Shown piece by piece: positions 42,184 to 57,200 of a DNA stretch of 64,000 nucleotides; the first letter of the stretch is position 1; each line of letters starts with the position of its first letter. A program made the position numbers and the translations under genes. The stretch comes from Trichoplax adhaerens (Eukaryota; Animalia; Placozoa). Under the pieces are notes generated by a model, which saw nothing but the letters and a program-made list of their open reading frames with translations, searched no databases and was not told the origin of the DNA. The stretch is taken from the NCBI RefSeq assembly GCF_000150275.1, contig NW_002060947.1, positions 6,088,286 to 6,152,285 on the forward strand. Reading direction: 5' to 3'.

Positions 42184-45100
42184 TTAATCTAAAGGCTCCA
42201 GATCACTTCGATATTTTATCACTTTTTGTAGAAATTCAGTTGCAACGGGACAAAAGTCATCATTCCAAATATCCTTTAGCATTTCTTGCGTCTCTGGCGA
42301 AACATCACTATCTGCATAGTCGAATATGATATCCTCATCTATAAATAATATACGCAATAGCAGCATTCCTCGTTAAGATTCCAATACATTTACAGATACC
42401 CTAAGCATAAATTAAACAAATACCCAAGTATTCTTCCAGGAAATCTATTAGTCGGTCAGTATCTTCTTCACCAAACGCTGAATATGAATTTTCCATACCG
42501 ACGCTATAAATCATGCATCAATAATTTAATTTTTTTATTATCATCAATTCATAAGACAACATGCTATTATTATCTATTATTATTATTGGTAAATCAATAT
42601 AGCTGATATGGTTGTCAAATTGATCGTTATACATTGAAAACTGTACAGCCCTATCCTACCTGTAATTCCATAGAGTCTTGCAAATTAAACCTGCCAATTG
42701 CCAATCATCTCGTCCAAAATCTCGTAATGCATCAATCAGTCTACCATTGAAAGAACATAAGTGAAATACATCTTTACTGTGAAATTTTTGCTCGTGGTAT
42801 AAAACTGTCTGTACACTTTCTATTTTGGCACTTAAAATAAAAACAACACGATACCTTTTAACACCTCCTTCTTTCAATAATTTCTCTCTGTTATCCGCAT
42901 CTTTCATAAAATTCATCAACAGTCCGCAAGCATAAAATACTGTTTCTCGCTGGCCAGCATCAAGAAGCGCAATCATCATCTCATCCACTGCAAAATAAAG
43001 TGCACTCAATTACGGAGGGAATTACTCTATTTCATTACGTTATATGGAATCGATAAAGTGAAAGAGAACCTACCTTTTTTCTTAACTAACAAATCACGAA
43101 CGGCTTTCGATCTGGTAAGATTGCCAAAAACACGTACGACATCAATCATGATGGAAGCATTATCATCCAGTAGTAAAAGTACTAAAACTATAAAATATAT
43201 ATATAATTAAATCCCTTAATCATTCCAGTAGCAGTCGATTATAAATCAACTTTAAATTCAGTAGTGCATTTAACCGGTCCATAATAAGTAGTACGTACAC
43301 TTTGTTAATTCAATTTCTTTTTTAAATAAGGCACTTTCATTGACATCATAAAAGGATAAATTACTTATCGCGACAGCTGCATGAGTCACAATTTCTCTCG
43401 ATTTTAATATATCTTTTGTAGCTAAAGGAAAATGATCACAAGTTAATTTCTATCACAATGCTACTAAGCAATTAAAAAATTAAAACCTAATAGTTGTAGT
43501 AGGTAGTCGACGAATTCATAACTGGTGGCAATGATTGAGCCAACGTCCGGATATATAGACAAATTTACAATAGCTCGGATAATCTAAATTATACAAAGGC
43601 AAGTTTGAGCAAATTTTTCTCGTTTTTCCGGCAATGAACTCCTAAGTAACTTAGAGTACCTTTAGTATTACGTCTTCAATTTTGGCTACAGATTTTGGCT
43701 TTTCTTCGGTGTCTTCATCAGAAGCGAGCTATTATTGGCAAGTTTATAAATAGCATTATAATGAAGCAAGCAAGCGTCCACGCACCTAAATTAACGAAGA
43801 TAGATTACAGTAAAATTTATTACCTTCCTATCCCAATCAAGGTATGTCCTAAGTACTTTTAATAAATATTCGATGCCATTGCCATTAGAAGTTACAAATA
43901 TACTAATTTCTTCACTTTCCAGAAAGATATTTCCAAGAATATAACCCAAACGTAGAACCAAATCCTAATTATGAAGATATTTACTATGACTTAATTTGAT
44001 ATTGTAACTATTGTAATTTTATCAAGCAAAAGTGCAAATTTTTCAACTGGATGTTACCGCTTTATGTACTTGCTTTTCCATTACTTTCAAGAAAAGTACG
44101 ATAAGATCAGCCTCATCAATCAAGATGTGGCAGAATTCACTATGTTGAGTCAATTTACTGCAGGATTTAATATACCAATAAGTAGATCATTTAGTACCAA
44201 AGTACTTTACAAAAGTCCAAATTAGCAGTCAATATTAAGTGTAACATGATATATCAAAAACATTTGTGTACCTACCTAAATATTCGTGCTATATTTAGCA
44301 TTAAATCATGATCACTGGTAAACTTAGTAACTACAGGTAAAACAGATAGTACAATCTCTTTTGACATTAACTTTTTTCGATGTTGTCCATTGTCAGCTAG
44401 ATTTGCTAAAATTCCAGTCAATTGAATCATGGCATGTGAAATCTCGCTACTTTTCAGGTCAGACTGTAAAATAAAAAAATCTTTCGAGATAATTCTTAAA
44501 ATGCATAGTTGTAATCAAATAGAAAATAGCGTACTTCAGAATTGAGAGAGTTCATCGCTAATGCCACCGCCTCGATACAGTTACGGTCGAACAGATAATC
44601 CTGCAGATTTGCATTACCAGACAGAAATTTAATGGACGCAGCACTGTAAGTTAGAGCTTCTAAATTAATTGTAGGGTCCACGTCTTTCCATATTTCAAAT
44701 AAATAATCTTAACCAAAAACAACATTTCATCAATGTTATATACTCCAATATTTTCCAGCGATAGCGTTAATGATCAATATTCATATAACTTACCAGGAAT
44801 GTTTTCATCGATAATCATTTTATCATTCGATTCATTACGACTAGCTAAATACACCAATTTGCAAATATTTCCTAAATTTTTCCCACTGACTTTCATCTAA
44901 TTTTATAAATAATGTCTCATTAATCTAGTATCATTTTCAGAAATAAATTTTGCAATCAACTTACAGAAAAGATAATACGAGCAAGTTTTATTAGTAATTT
45001 TGGATCATCTTGATCCAATAGGCGGTAAGCAGCATGTAAAACACTACTTCTCCTTTTACTTGATCCAGTTTCACCGCTGCTTCGTCCTAGTAAATTTTTT

Positions 45101-48100
45101 CTAAACAATGCATCCCATAGATAGCACGTGGATTGATAGAGTTGGTTAGTACTGGTAGGACCTTCCAATTTAGTTAAATCTATACGATTTAATAGTGGTA
45201 CAATCACACGTTCCCAGTAAGCAGCATCTTCGTCTTCAGTAGCAGAATTTTTCGTCTTTTTATTTTCATCTTGAATGGTAGACTTTTTATCCTTAGTAAT
45301 TCTTTTTTTAGTAGTTTTTAAATTTTCTTTTGATTTTGTTAATGTCTTAGTTTTTACTCCCTTACTATTTGAACTGGCTGTTTTGTCAGAGCTAGGCTCC
45401 AAATCATTTGTTACAGCTAAATTATCATTTTTCGAGGTATCAATTGTAATATCTGACTGAAGTCGTTCTTTCGGACCACTATGAACTCTTCTATTAGCCA
45501 TTCCTAGGACAATAATATACAACTATTTTAACGTATACTGATATCCAAAACACTGTATATAATTAATTACTTTCATTTTTATAACGTTTTAGTAGCATAG
45601 AAAACATTTATCTGACAATTTTTTTATGGATTGAAGCGTAAATCTTACCAGTTTCCTTTGCTGGTGAAGGTAACGACCCTCTTCTAGCTTGCGAAGGTGG
45701 ACGCGGTACTTGATCAAAGCTAGCAGTATGTTGTAATTGCTTGGATGCTTTACCTTCCAATTTGGATTCACTTTTCGGTTCATCAAGACTGTCTAAACGT
45801 CGATACTGCCTACCAAAAGATGATCTTCTAGGAATGCCCGATGGACTGTCTATAATATTTTACGCGGCAATAGCATATTGGATAATCTTAACATTTACCG
45901 ATTCTACTAGTCAAATTAAAATCCCTATTGTTATTCAAATAATTGATCAGTAAAAATTTGAAATGATGCACAACAGTAGCATAAACCTAGCAAACAGTTA
46001 TACTTTCTACTCTACTTTTGTGCAATATTACATTAAATGTAATGAAACAACGATGATTTTATTTGTCGATTGAAGATTTTAAACTTGAGATTGAAATACC
46101 GAAAATGAAACAATTATAGTTGAAGGATTGTTAGATTACTACGATTATAATCAGTACAATTCAACTACTAAAGAAAATATATTTATTGGTCTACAAAATT
46201 ATAAAGATGACTGCCCTTACCTTTGTCCAACTTTCGGTTGTTAGCAGAACTACCACTACTAGCCCTTTCTCTGCTCTCGACAGAATCAGCCGGAGAGATA
46301 GGCTTTTTTGTAATCTTCTGTTGATCAATCGGCGCTAATCGTTTCCCAGACGGTGGTTTAGCTGCTGGATAATCAACAAAGTTCCTCGAAGAAATACTGT
46401 CGATAAGTAATAAATAATAGTATATAACTAAACAGAAATCGTTTAACCGGCTACAAATGAGAAGGTAATCAACTTTGTTAAATCAGTATCAAAGATTAAT
46501 TAGCCATAAGATTGTCATATCATTTTTATATCGTTATTTTTAAGTGCCGTAAATATGTCCCAAGTAAAGGCTTACAGTATAATAATTAGTATCGGTCAAC
46601 GATTGATGTAAACAATTTTGATTATAAAGGTTTTATAAAACGAAATATTTTGATAAAAAGGAGTTGATCAGTAATGACACCTATTCAAGTTATAAGAATA
46701 CATTTCAATGCTATAAATAAGTTTCGGATTAAATGATCACATCCACAGAGCAGAAAATTAAACCTATGAAATACACTTTCCAAAGACTGCACTAAGTAGA
46801 GATTTAAACGGATGAATATGTTTTACAAGGATTGAATCAAGATTGTATTTTGACGTGATTTGGAATCTCTCGATAATTGTATTATCATATCAAGTCTATC
46901 AGCTATTTCAGTCAACTACTGTATTAGATTACTAGGAGAGTACTAGGTATTGATTTTTTGCTCTCACAGTCTCTTCTAATTATATTATTGATGAAATTCA
47001 TTCAACATCGGTTCCGCATCAATAACCTGATTAAGCTTTCTGGTCGATGTCTTAATTATGTACTCCTCTTTATCATTACACGAGTGCAAAGCGCATTTAG
47101 TGTGTTAATTGATAATATTCCTATTACATCCACAACTAAATAGACTGATATGTTATATATAATTTGATTCTATTATAAAGGAATCGCTTAGACTTAGATC
47201 ATGGTAAAATATAAGGGAAATATTATTGTTGGAACTATTTACCAATTCTTCAATATTACTAATCATTGAATCATGTCCGCGATATTCTGGGAAAGATGTG
47301 TGCAGTAGGCACTCGGTTAGACAGCGTCAATACCAAAATTGTAAATAAAAACAGTGATGATTGGCTTAATCCGATTAAATCAGTATCCATTTACAATCAT
47401 TGACATCGCAAATGAACCACATACTTTATTAACCTAAGTACATGGCAATAAGCTTAATTTCTATCATCTCTCGTTGTTCTCCATACTGTAGCAAGAGTTC
47501 GATTAACCTATTATCGCCGAATACAGTATATTCAGCAATAACATTCGAATTTTTTGACTACTACGGCATGAATGATGATAGAACGTTGTAGTTGTTACTA
47601 TCGACTTTAAAAGTGAATAATTTAGTAACTTTGCGTACCGATTAACGATATTCATTATTATAAATGGAAAATCTAGAAAATTATTTTGACACACTTTAAG
47701 ATTTGATATTTATGGTACACGCAAGTAACAAACTTCAATTATAGGATGTGCGCAAAACTCAACTAAATCTACTCGACTAATCAAGATGATAATCTATATG
47801 CTGCAGCATCTTGTGATATCCAATATTATTATAACTGATCAAGTTGTATAAATATAATTTGGATTACAGTAGCAAGATGAATATGTTCGTTGATGCTCAA
47901 TAAGACGATATTACCAAGTCTACTTCGTCAATATGTAATACGGGCCCTTATATCCTGACGTCATCCATATTGATATAAAGTCAATGACTAAATATACCTA
48001 TGAGACCTATTGCCAATTTTACCTCATAACTGATGGTGGTCGACTTTCACGCGTTTTTGCACTACCACTACGATCTCCTAGTAGAGTTCGCTCAGATTGC

Positions 48101-48249
48101 AATGGAGTTTCAGGTCGTTTAGTTTTTAATGTGCGTAATGATGATCGAGCTTGAGAAACTATCTGAGCAGCAGTCATGCGATCACCCGCTTGATAAAATG
48201 GCTTGTCGTCTTTAACGGAGCCATGCTTAGAAGCACGATTGCTACTCAT
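42184..48249 (-). CDS. ARMC2: Armadillo repeat-containing protein 2, ~15 exons
   Basis: KPFYQ...TAAQIVSQARSSLRTLKTKRPETP...RPPS, DPKLLIKLARII, ALTYSAASIKFLS, IQLTGILANLAD, RVFGNLTRS, DWQLAGLICKTLWNY, terminal FCPVATEFL...LEPLD. Confidence 0.93.
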
Positions 48250-48905
48250 CTTGGCAATCTTGTTATGAGTGAGGAGTTACAATACCTTTAGCGAATAAGA
48301 ATGCGTAAAATAGTCACAACACAACTGCACACCGATGATGATGCATGCAACGAGTTACCACTAGCATAGACTGGACTACAAACTGCTAGTCCAAAAGTAG
48401 AAGAAATGCTTGTAGTCAATGATAGATTTGGAGTAATTTTCCAAGTTAACCAATCAATCGAAGAGAAGAAGATCCAACTGCGTTTAACAGTAGCCACTTT
48501 GCTGAATTGGATTGTGGTGTAATCTCGATTTAATGGCACTGTTTAATGGAGCAATCCTGTAGAGTATAGCTGGCCAGAGACCACTAGCAGATTTTGCGCG
48601 TCTGATCTTAGCCAAGAAGAAGTTGCCATGGAATTGCTCTGCCTCTTCTCATATTGAACACTGGCGATCGTCCCTACCCATACGGAATCCAGTTACAAGA
48701 ATGAACGTCCTAAACAGTATACTGGCATTTTCAGCCAATCTATACTCTTCCTTACTAAAGCTTCCATATATCGTTCCGATGGTTTGCTCTACCGTACTGA
48801 GCATGCGCTAAGATGACGCTCTGTTGACTGCAAGTGGACTGTTCAGGCATGCGTAAACCCTTTCCATCTTCTGCTTTGCCTTGATCCATTGCCTGTGCTC
48901 ACAAG

Positions 48906-51780
48906 ATGGCTTCTGCAACCATTTCTCGGGAACGATCGCTACGTTCAGTATTTGGTATGTTAAATCTTTCTGTTCCTCATGTTCTTAGTGATAGGGTAGG
49001 ATATTCATCTCCAATGATAGTGGATCTAATGGAACGTAGGTTATGTGTATGCGTAGTTTTATTGTCCTACAGTATCGTATCCAAGCGAGGCGTTATGGCG
49101 TGTAGAAAGGAAGAATCTTTTGCTCTCGGGTTATCGATTAAGTGTAGGAATGGAATGATTATACAGTAGTTCAAATGAATCTTACTTGTAATCATGACAT
49201 TAGAAAGGAGTAGATATTGCCTATGATGTCATATCTATACCCTAACAAATCAAATCGTTCTTGATGAACCTTGTAAAGTGCGATCATACTTGCAACAATA
49301 CTTTCATAAAGTTACGGAATGAATTAGTGAGAAATTTGCAAGTATATACATACAGTAAATGCATTCAACAATTCTTCCTACAGTATCGCCTATACGCTAT
49401 AGGAATCATTAACGAGCTGCACACCAATTAATTATGTAGGCAATGTAGTTTAGCAGGAATTAATCTTCCTCTACTAGTCCCTATTGATGCTTATCCACAT
49501 ACGCTACACTAATAGTAATATGATTAAACAAGAAGAAAAGATTGCCTATCGTAGTGTCGTGGGTGCAATATGCAATCCGGAAAAGATACCCTAACGTAGT
49601 GTCGTAGGTGCAATATTCAATCCGCAGTGGCAATGCCAAGTGAAAGTTGCTATCATATTGGAAATGGAATAATTTGTTTGCCTACTATATATTTGTGTCT
49701 TAAAATACTTTTGAGTGCACTCTCTTGACATCAGCAGCTATAGCGAACGGTAATGTGAACATAATGTAGCCTCTAAATTAACTGCTGCCATTCCTAATTA
49801 CGGTAATCCCCTCTGCTAATGCAAACGCTACATGACAAAGTTACTAGCTCTGAGACGCAACGCATGCTCTTTGAAACTATCGATCATATTGTTTGAGAAT
49901 GATATCGAAACACTTAATTTGTTATTCTTCTTGCAGTCGGTAATATTCCTTATGAAGCCACTGAAGAACAATTAAAGGACATCTTTGGAAGTGCTGGTCC
50001 AGTTGTCAGTTTCAGGTAGTACTGTCTTGATGAAAATTTAATTGCTACCCTATCTTGCCAAATGTTAACTATTAGTAGCAATATCATAGTTTTGATTCCA
50101 TTGGCAATGAATTATTATTAGGCTTGTATATGATCGTGAAAGTGGTAAACCTAAAGGTTATGGATTCTGCGAATTTCAAGACAAAGAAACTGCATTAAGT
50201 GCTATGAGAAATTTGAGTGGTTATGAATTAAATGGGAGATCATTAAGAGTTGACAGTGCGGCTAGTGAAAAAGATAAAGATCGTAAGTTCATCTTACGTA
50301 CTACCCATTTGTAGAATAGTCATATGACTGAGAGTGTATCACTTGCCAGTTTCTGAACGATGCATTTCAATGTTGTAGTTCCTTTACAAATGCCGGCTGG
50401 TGGTGGTGGACTAGCAGAGGTAAAATTAAATATGATTTACGGAGAATGTAGTATAATAGAATAAAAATTTAAATTAGTAAACAATTGTTGCATTGTACAC
50501 ATTGACTTACAGCAGTTCATCACCGCAAAGCATCAATTAAGTTATTGTCTTAAAGTTACTCTAGTTGTTTATATTCATGATCTTTCTGTAGCCGTCTATG
50601 TATGGCGATGCAGTACCTATGGAAGAGGTTCCAGAAGTAATAAAAAAATCTGTGCAGAGTCTCCCACCTGAACAAATGTTTGAACTGATGGTTCAAATGA
50701 AGGTTAGTCAAACGATTTTAGCTTAGCTTGTATGCTATCCACTGCTGACATAATTTATGTATACTGTCTTATTTTAGGAAAGTATACACAAGTACCCTGA
50801 TGAGACAAGACGAATGTTGCTGCAAAATCCCCAATTGGCGTATGCACTACTGCAGGCTTTAGTTGTCATGAAAGTTGTCGATCCAGCTGAAGCAACAGTA
50901 AGTTTTATCAATTGTGGCTAACAAAAATAAGATTGATTTTCCTATAAAGTTCTAGTGTTTTTTCTTTTTAATTTGCGAATAAAATATTTTCGATTTTTTT
51001 AGAAACTTTTACATCCTCCAAATACCTTGGTGAAACCGTTAGGTGGTCCTCTACCCGGAATGCCAATGGAGCCTCAGGTTTTTAAGATATTTAAATTGTA
51101 TTAGAACATTCTTTCACGAAAGATAGACGTAATTAAGAAAATGATGTTGAAAAGTTGCAGTTCTATACACATATTAGCGTTATCGCGATTAGTCACTTAT
51201 CGATTTCAAACTGCGTTAGCAGGTAGGTAGACCACCTGTCGATCCTGGATTTGGCCACGTTGTACCTGAACCTCAACAACGTCCTAATCAAGGAGCAGGT
51301 AATCCACAGCCCCCTCCAGCCAAGAAACCCTCAGCAAATCGTGCTCCACCTAATCCATCTACGACGACGCCTCCACCACCAGGTATCAAATTTAGCGATA
51401 TATCCAAATCAATAATAGACGTGACTTTTATTAAAACCTAAGTTATAATGTAATCAAATTTTGTTGCCTGATAACAGCATCTCAAATTCGTGCTCAAGAT
51501 CAAGAAAAGGTATTTTCAAATGTAGTTGTGTTATACTCTTGTAAAATTTGTTTTATATAATTTACAACGAACTGGTTCACAACTAGTACTGTATGCGCTT
51601 ATAATATATTACGTGATAGCGGTTAACAATAATCTATGTTTTGCTGAAATTTTATTTCAGGCCGCTCTTATTATGCAAGTGTTGAGCTTAACCGACCAAC
51701 AGATAGCTTTATTACCTCCGGAGCAAAGACAAAGTATATTGATATTAAGAGAACAAATTGCTAGAAGTAAAGGGCCATAA
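48906..51780 (+). CDS. CSTF2: Cleavage stimulation factor subunit 2 (CstF-64), ~10 exons
   Basis: RRM: RSLRSVF|[17 protein letters not shown]...[12 protein letters not shown]. Hinge: [15 protein letters not shown]...[16 protein letters not shown]-terminal [34 protein letters not shown]. Confidence 0.97.
49550..49625. repeat. Short direct repeat (2 x ~30 bp) in CSTF2 intron 1
   Basis: cgtagtgtcgt(g/a)ggtgcaatat(g/t)caatccg at 49550 and 49595. Confidence 0.8.
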
Positions 51781-53111
51781 TTGGATAATTCTGAATTGAT
51801 TTTATAATCATATCTAATGAAAGGTGTACTGTATAATGTATGGAACTTCTCAAAATGTAAAGTAGCTGTTATGATAGCCGTAGTCGTTTTTGTTGTACTG
51901 CATTCGGTTACCATAGTATTATTAATATTATCGCAGGTGATGGGACATTCTCTAAACGTTTACTACTGATAAACTGTATTCCATTTCCATACTGTGAAAT
52001 TGTTTGGATACGGTACTGTACATTGTATGATAACATGATTTATGCTTACCATCGCTGTTCTGTACATGTATAGCTGATTTGGTGTGTAAAGTTAGATCCC
52101 CTTATCTTCGGATAAGCTTATTACAGAAGCACGATGAATTGTACTTTTACTTTCCCTATCTTGTAGACTTGTAGTCACGTAATTATACATTTTTGCGATG
52201 TACACTGTTATAATGTTTGAATGGTTTACTGTATAGGAACTCTGCAGTATTAACATAAATCTTGTGTAAACTAGTAGACAAAAGTCTACGTATCCAACCC
52301 AAACTGTGCATCAATGCATCTCTTCCGTCCGTATACCGTGCGGTCTTTCTAATTGCTGCGTGGATTAATTTCTAATCCTCTATGATCACGTCATCGATGC
52401 TGAAAACTGGTTTTTGGAAACTGCTAGTGTTTGCAATATTTCCAAATGATTAAAGTGTGCAGCATGCTTCTTGATTCTAATTTTATTTTGTATTGATATC
52501 CAATTGCATGTTCCTGTGGATGAAGGTTGTCTACATGAGTCGATATACACGTACACTTCATTGTATGGTCGAGCCATGAGCTAAAGACTGTCCACTATAA
52601 TGATATCATGGTAGCTAGTAGTGTACAGGATAGAACTATGAGAGGACTGCATGAGTTGACTGCAGGTTGGTTAAATTCAAATATTCATTTATTATGTGAG
52701 TAGTTGAGTCGAGTAAGGCGTATTGCAGCAGACTATACAGTATTGCTTAACAGCTGCAATATTATGAGGACTTGGCGGTAGATAGGCTAAATCTGGCCGC
52801 TATAATTAAGTCACTTCATCCATACTATCGTAGCTCATCTTTCCTTTGCTTAGAAGGATGCCAAGAACATCGACAGCAGTGTATGTTCTAGTAATGATGG
52901 AGATACTGCTATGCATAACAGTGCAGTATTATACTGCCTATTACTCGTATAGAACATATTTGTATGTCTACGCACTCAAGACCTCCAGGGTCTCCTTTTC
53001 ATGTACTTTTTAATTGTACACCGTCCACTATCATCCAAGTACGAGTATAGCAGTCATCGTATTTGACTTTACTTTTCAACCCAGCTTGCCATCATCAAGC
53101 ATTAGTTCATA

Positions 53112-53585
53112 AAGTCATGCTCAATTTTAGTATGAAGACACCTTACACCTTACACCTTAAGAAGCACATCATCTGTCTCAGCTCTGACGACAGGTAGCAT
53201 CTAAACAAAATCTTCTATTGTACAAGTCGTTGTAAGTCATGCTCAATTTTAATATGAAGACACCTTCAATTAAAATAAGAAGCACAGCATCTGTCTCAGC
53301 TCTGACGACAGGTAGTATCAGAATAAAATCTTCTACTGTGCAAGTCGTTGTAAGTCATGCTCAATTTTAGTATGAAGACACCTTACACCTTATACCTTAA
53401 GAAGTACATCATCTGTCTCAGCTCTGACGACAGGGAGCATGTAAACAAAATCTTCTACTGTACAAGTGGTAGTAAGTCATGCTCAATTTTAGTATGAAGA
53501 CATCTTAACCCTTCCAACGCTGAGTACTATTTGAAGAAGAAAATAAGAAGCAAAGCATCTGTCTCAGCTCTAACGCAAGTTAGCA
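53112..53585. repeat. Tandem repeat, 118-122 bp unit, 4 copies (ABAB pattern)
   Basis: aagtcatgctcaatttta.tatgaagaca at 53112, 53234, 53352 and 53474. Confidence 0.93.
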
Positions 53586-53797
53586 TGGAAACCGAATCGA
53601 CTGCAGTAGACTTTGTCGCCGCTGGATGGCTCAACCTGCATACCGTATGACGTCGTGGGCGTCATGCCTATAGCGTCAACGACGGGCGGACGTGCTCGTC
53701 CAACGTCAGCAACAACGATATCACACTCTACCAGTCAGAATGCAATCCAGTCGTGAATCAAGTAACACAGTATCACTCCGCTCAACCGGGTGAGGTG

Positions 53798-53902
53798 ACA
53801 GTGTACAGTAGAGAGAGTACTGTACTGTACTGTACACTGTACTCTACTGTACAGTACTATACTGTACTGTACACTGTACCCTACTGTACTACACTCTACA
53901 CT
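53798..53902. repeat. ACTGT/ACAGT pentamer array in the taxilin promoter
   Basis: gtactgtactgtactgtacactgtactctactgtacagtactatactgtactgtacactgtac. Confidence 0.85.
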
Positions 53903-54221
53903 ATTTAAGCTATTTACGCTGAGTATCTGAGTAATCGGAGTTATTATGGCTGGGCCTACTCTACACTCTACTCTCTTCAATCGCGCATGCTTGCCATTCT
54001 TCCCACTCCAAGCATAGGTAAATTGTAGAGGGAAAAATCGGTTACGTCACGAGCTGTCATGAAGGCACGAGTCAGAATCACTGTAGGACTGCGGTGTCCA
54101 ACTGTATAATAAGAACATGCGCAAGAAGCAATACGCCATAACCCGCTTGCTTCAAAATAAGAGTCCGCTTGCGACTGCTTGCATCTCCATTCTCAATCAC
54201 TGAATTTTTACGCTAGAAAAA

Positions 54222-57200
54222 ATGTCCAAGACAGAAGAAGATAGGACACCATCTGAGGTAAGGAAAGCCTCTTGATGATAGGATTACAGTATGTAGAAGA
54301 GGAAGGTTGATGGTTGACGATGGAGTCATCATCACAGACTACAGTAATCGATCGTACGAAGATAGATTAGTCAGTCTATTGTATTGAATAGTATTCCATT
54401 AGTCCACGCCTGCTGGAGGATCGATGGATTCGATTGGCTTGATTTTGCAATTTTGTAGATAACATTTCAATCCATATCCTAATAGATTAATCAACAACTT
54501 GCTGAAGAATTCAATCAAAAAATGGACGTTTCCACCACTAACGTACCGACTAAAATGCCGAAAGGTAAAGATAACGTGACAATGTTGCATCATGGTTCAC
54601 AACATAACTGATCAATCCATACGTTGATTTATCTTCTGTTGATTAAATGCGATCATCATCATGTTGGCCAGCATCATCAACTAGTTTCATTGCCAATGAA
54701 CGAATACAATCTATCCCTTAACAATAGATCATTTAAAATAACCAATTTAGATTCAGCTAGCACAACTGCCGTTCAAATCGATACTTTGAAGTGGATAACA
54801 ACCACTGAGGATAATATGATGCATACTGTATCATCCTTCATCATCATGTTCGACGGTAGTACTTTCATATCGTTTTACTCGTATTCGCGATGAAATCAGA
54901 GAACGGTAGAGGAGTGAAGGATGGATACCTTAAGCTTCAATAAATGGACTACCCAAAATATCGAAAATGGAGTAGCAAGAGTCGACTCGTAAAACTCAAC
55001 CTTGATAACCACTGGTCTTCCAATTCACGACCACACAAGTACAGTAGTATCATGATATTAGCTAATATTTTCCAACAATCTTAATAAAGCCATCAATGAT
55101 AAGAAGTATACCCTACACTCCAATGATCGATATGTAATAGAGATAGAATCCATTACCTTAACGAAATGGTAAAGGTTAAATCGACATTGAACTTAGCCAT
55201 TCATTGAAAACAATACTTTATATAACATCACAACTGTCCGTTGACAGTAGTTACGTGTATGACATAGTTTACTGTGACAGAAAGACATCATGATTTTATA
55301 AAATCATCAAGAGTATTTTATTCGCAGCAAAGTATCACTCCCTTGATTAGGCTGATTCTCAAGTTATTGTACACTCCGCTAACGTCATAGTTCATTTTTG
55401 GCTCAATTGTATCGTCATATTGTTGCTGCGTTACTTTGATATTCGATAATGAATAAAGGTGATTGCTTACAATTCGAGAATTACTTTCGGACTACCAGCA
55501 GGCAGCATCCGTCCACAATGTATAAACTATTAATTTACTACCAACCAAATCAATGCCCCTACTACGTTGCTGGTAGCAACCCTATCGTAGTAATAGCTTA
55601 CCAAGAGTGAATCAAACGATAGTACAGCAGCAGTTCTATACGTTAATACATTTCAGATAATTTCCATCACGGACGAAAGTCACTGATCCGGCGTGGCATG
55701 AAGATTTGACGTTCTTTCATTTTAGCCTTCAATACACATTATACGATCATAAATGATCCATATCTCCTACACAACTTATTAGATCGTATTATTAGAGTAC
55801 AGGTGACATAGCACTACACAACAAGCTGATTTGTTTAGACTAGTATAATATATTGCATTGCCCGATCCTAATAAAGTGCATCAAAACAGCATTTCATCGT
55901 TATCCATCTCACTGAAATATAAGTCAGTTTTGATAGATTGTGCATAGGACATATTTGTTTTTACGTGGTACGTGATTGTAGTGACTATTGACTACCGTAA
56001 ACGATTCTGTTCGAGAATACAGATTGCACGATATTTGATTAATAGTTTTCGTCAGCTCAACTGATACGAGCTTATATTGTTAGGACTGAAGGAAGATGTT
56101 AAAGCTGTTTCTTTATTACTACATTATATTAATCTAGTTTTGTTTTATATAATTATTATCCATATCTTTTTGCTAGATCCTCTTATGAAACCGCTGTTAA
56201 AGGCCTTCGATGAAGCTGCTACACCGGAAGAAAAACTAGCAATAGCATGTTCTCATTATCTGCAGACGGTATGTGGGTGGATAATAATATGTTGTAATCT
56301 TGCATAATAACTATTCTAGATGATAATTTACAACTTAGTACAGGTTACAATTGATTCTTGTCCTTATCATTGACTTGATAAAAATTATGTTTGATATACT
56401 TGGTCAATCATAGTATTAACTTCTGCCCTTGAATTCAATCGTTGAAAGGTGGATCCAGTACTGTCAATACGTAAAGCGCTAAAAACTAGAAGCGCAACAT
56501 CTGCTAGTGCGTTAGTACTGCATCACTTTATTAACTTAAGACTAAACAATCCACACATACCGCTTCATAACATACGTATACTGTAGTAGAAGTTTTTAAT
56601 TGTTAAGAATTCCTTTAGTTAGACCGAGTGAATCCTTATCCTTAATTTGTAGGATTCTGGAAAAGTATAGCATACTGATAATTAATAGTCAATACGTATC
56701 CACTAGCGATTACATACTTGAAAAAATGAGCGGTAGTACAGTAGTAAACAGCCAAGATCTGAGCCAGTGGAAATGATAATTTACGCGACTACTTTATAAT
56801 GTTATCGGTACCATGTACTCAACTTACAATAGTATAACGATATTAATTAGACTAACTTTTATGAAAGGGTAATTATTTCAACGATCGAAATCGATCATAT
56901 GACATGTTTTTGTAAATGCAATCACTGAATGAAACCAATATATCTACCAACTTAACTAATGGAGCGATAGTTACTAATGTTGATGCTCGTTAAATAATAC
57001 AGAGTAAAGCCTTGAAGAAACAGGAGAAATCCGTCAAGGCTAATACCGTAAATCAACAACGAGTAAGTGAATTGTTATTGTAGAGCAATGAATGGAATAA
57101 AGATTATTCGTATAACCAATAAATGATACTATTTTTAACTTATTTTAATTTATTATTTGTTCTTAAGAATTAACTGTTAAACATTAACACTTATTCAAGC

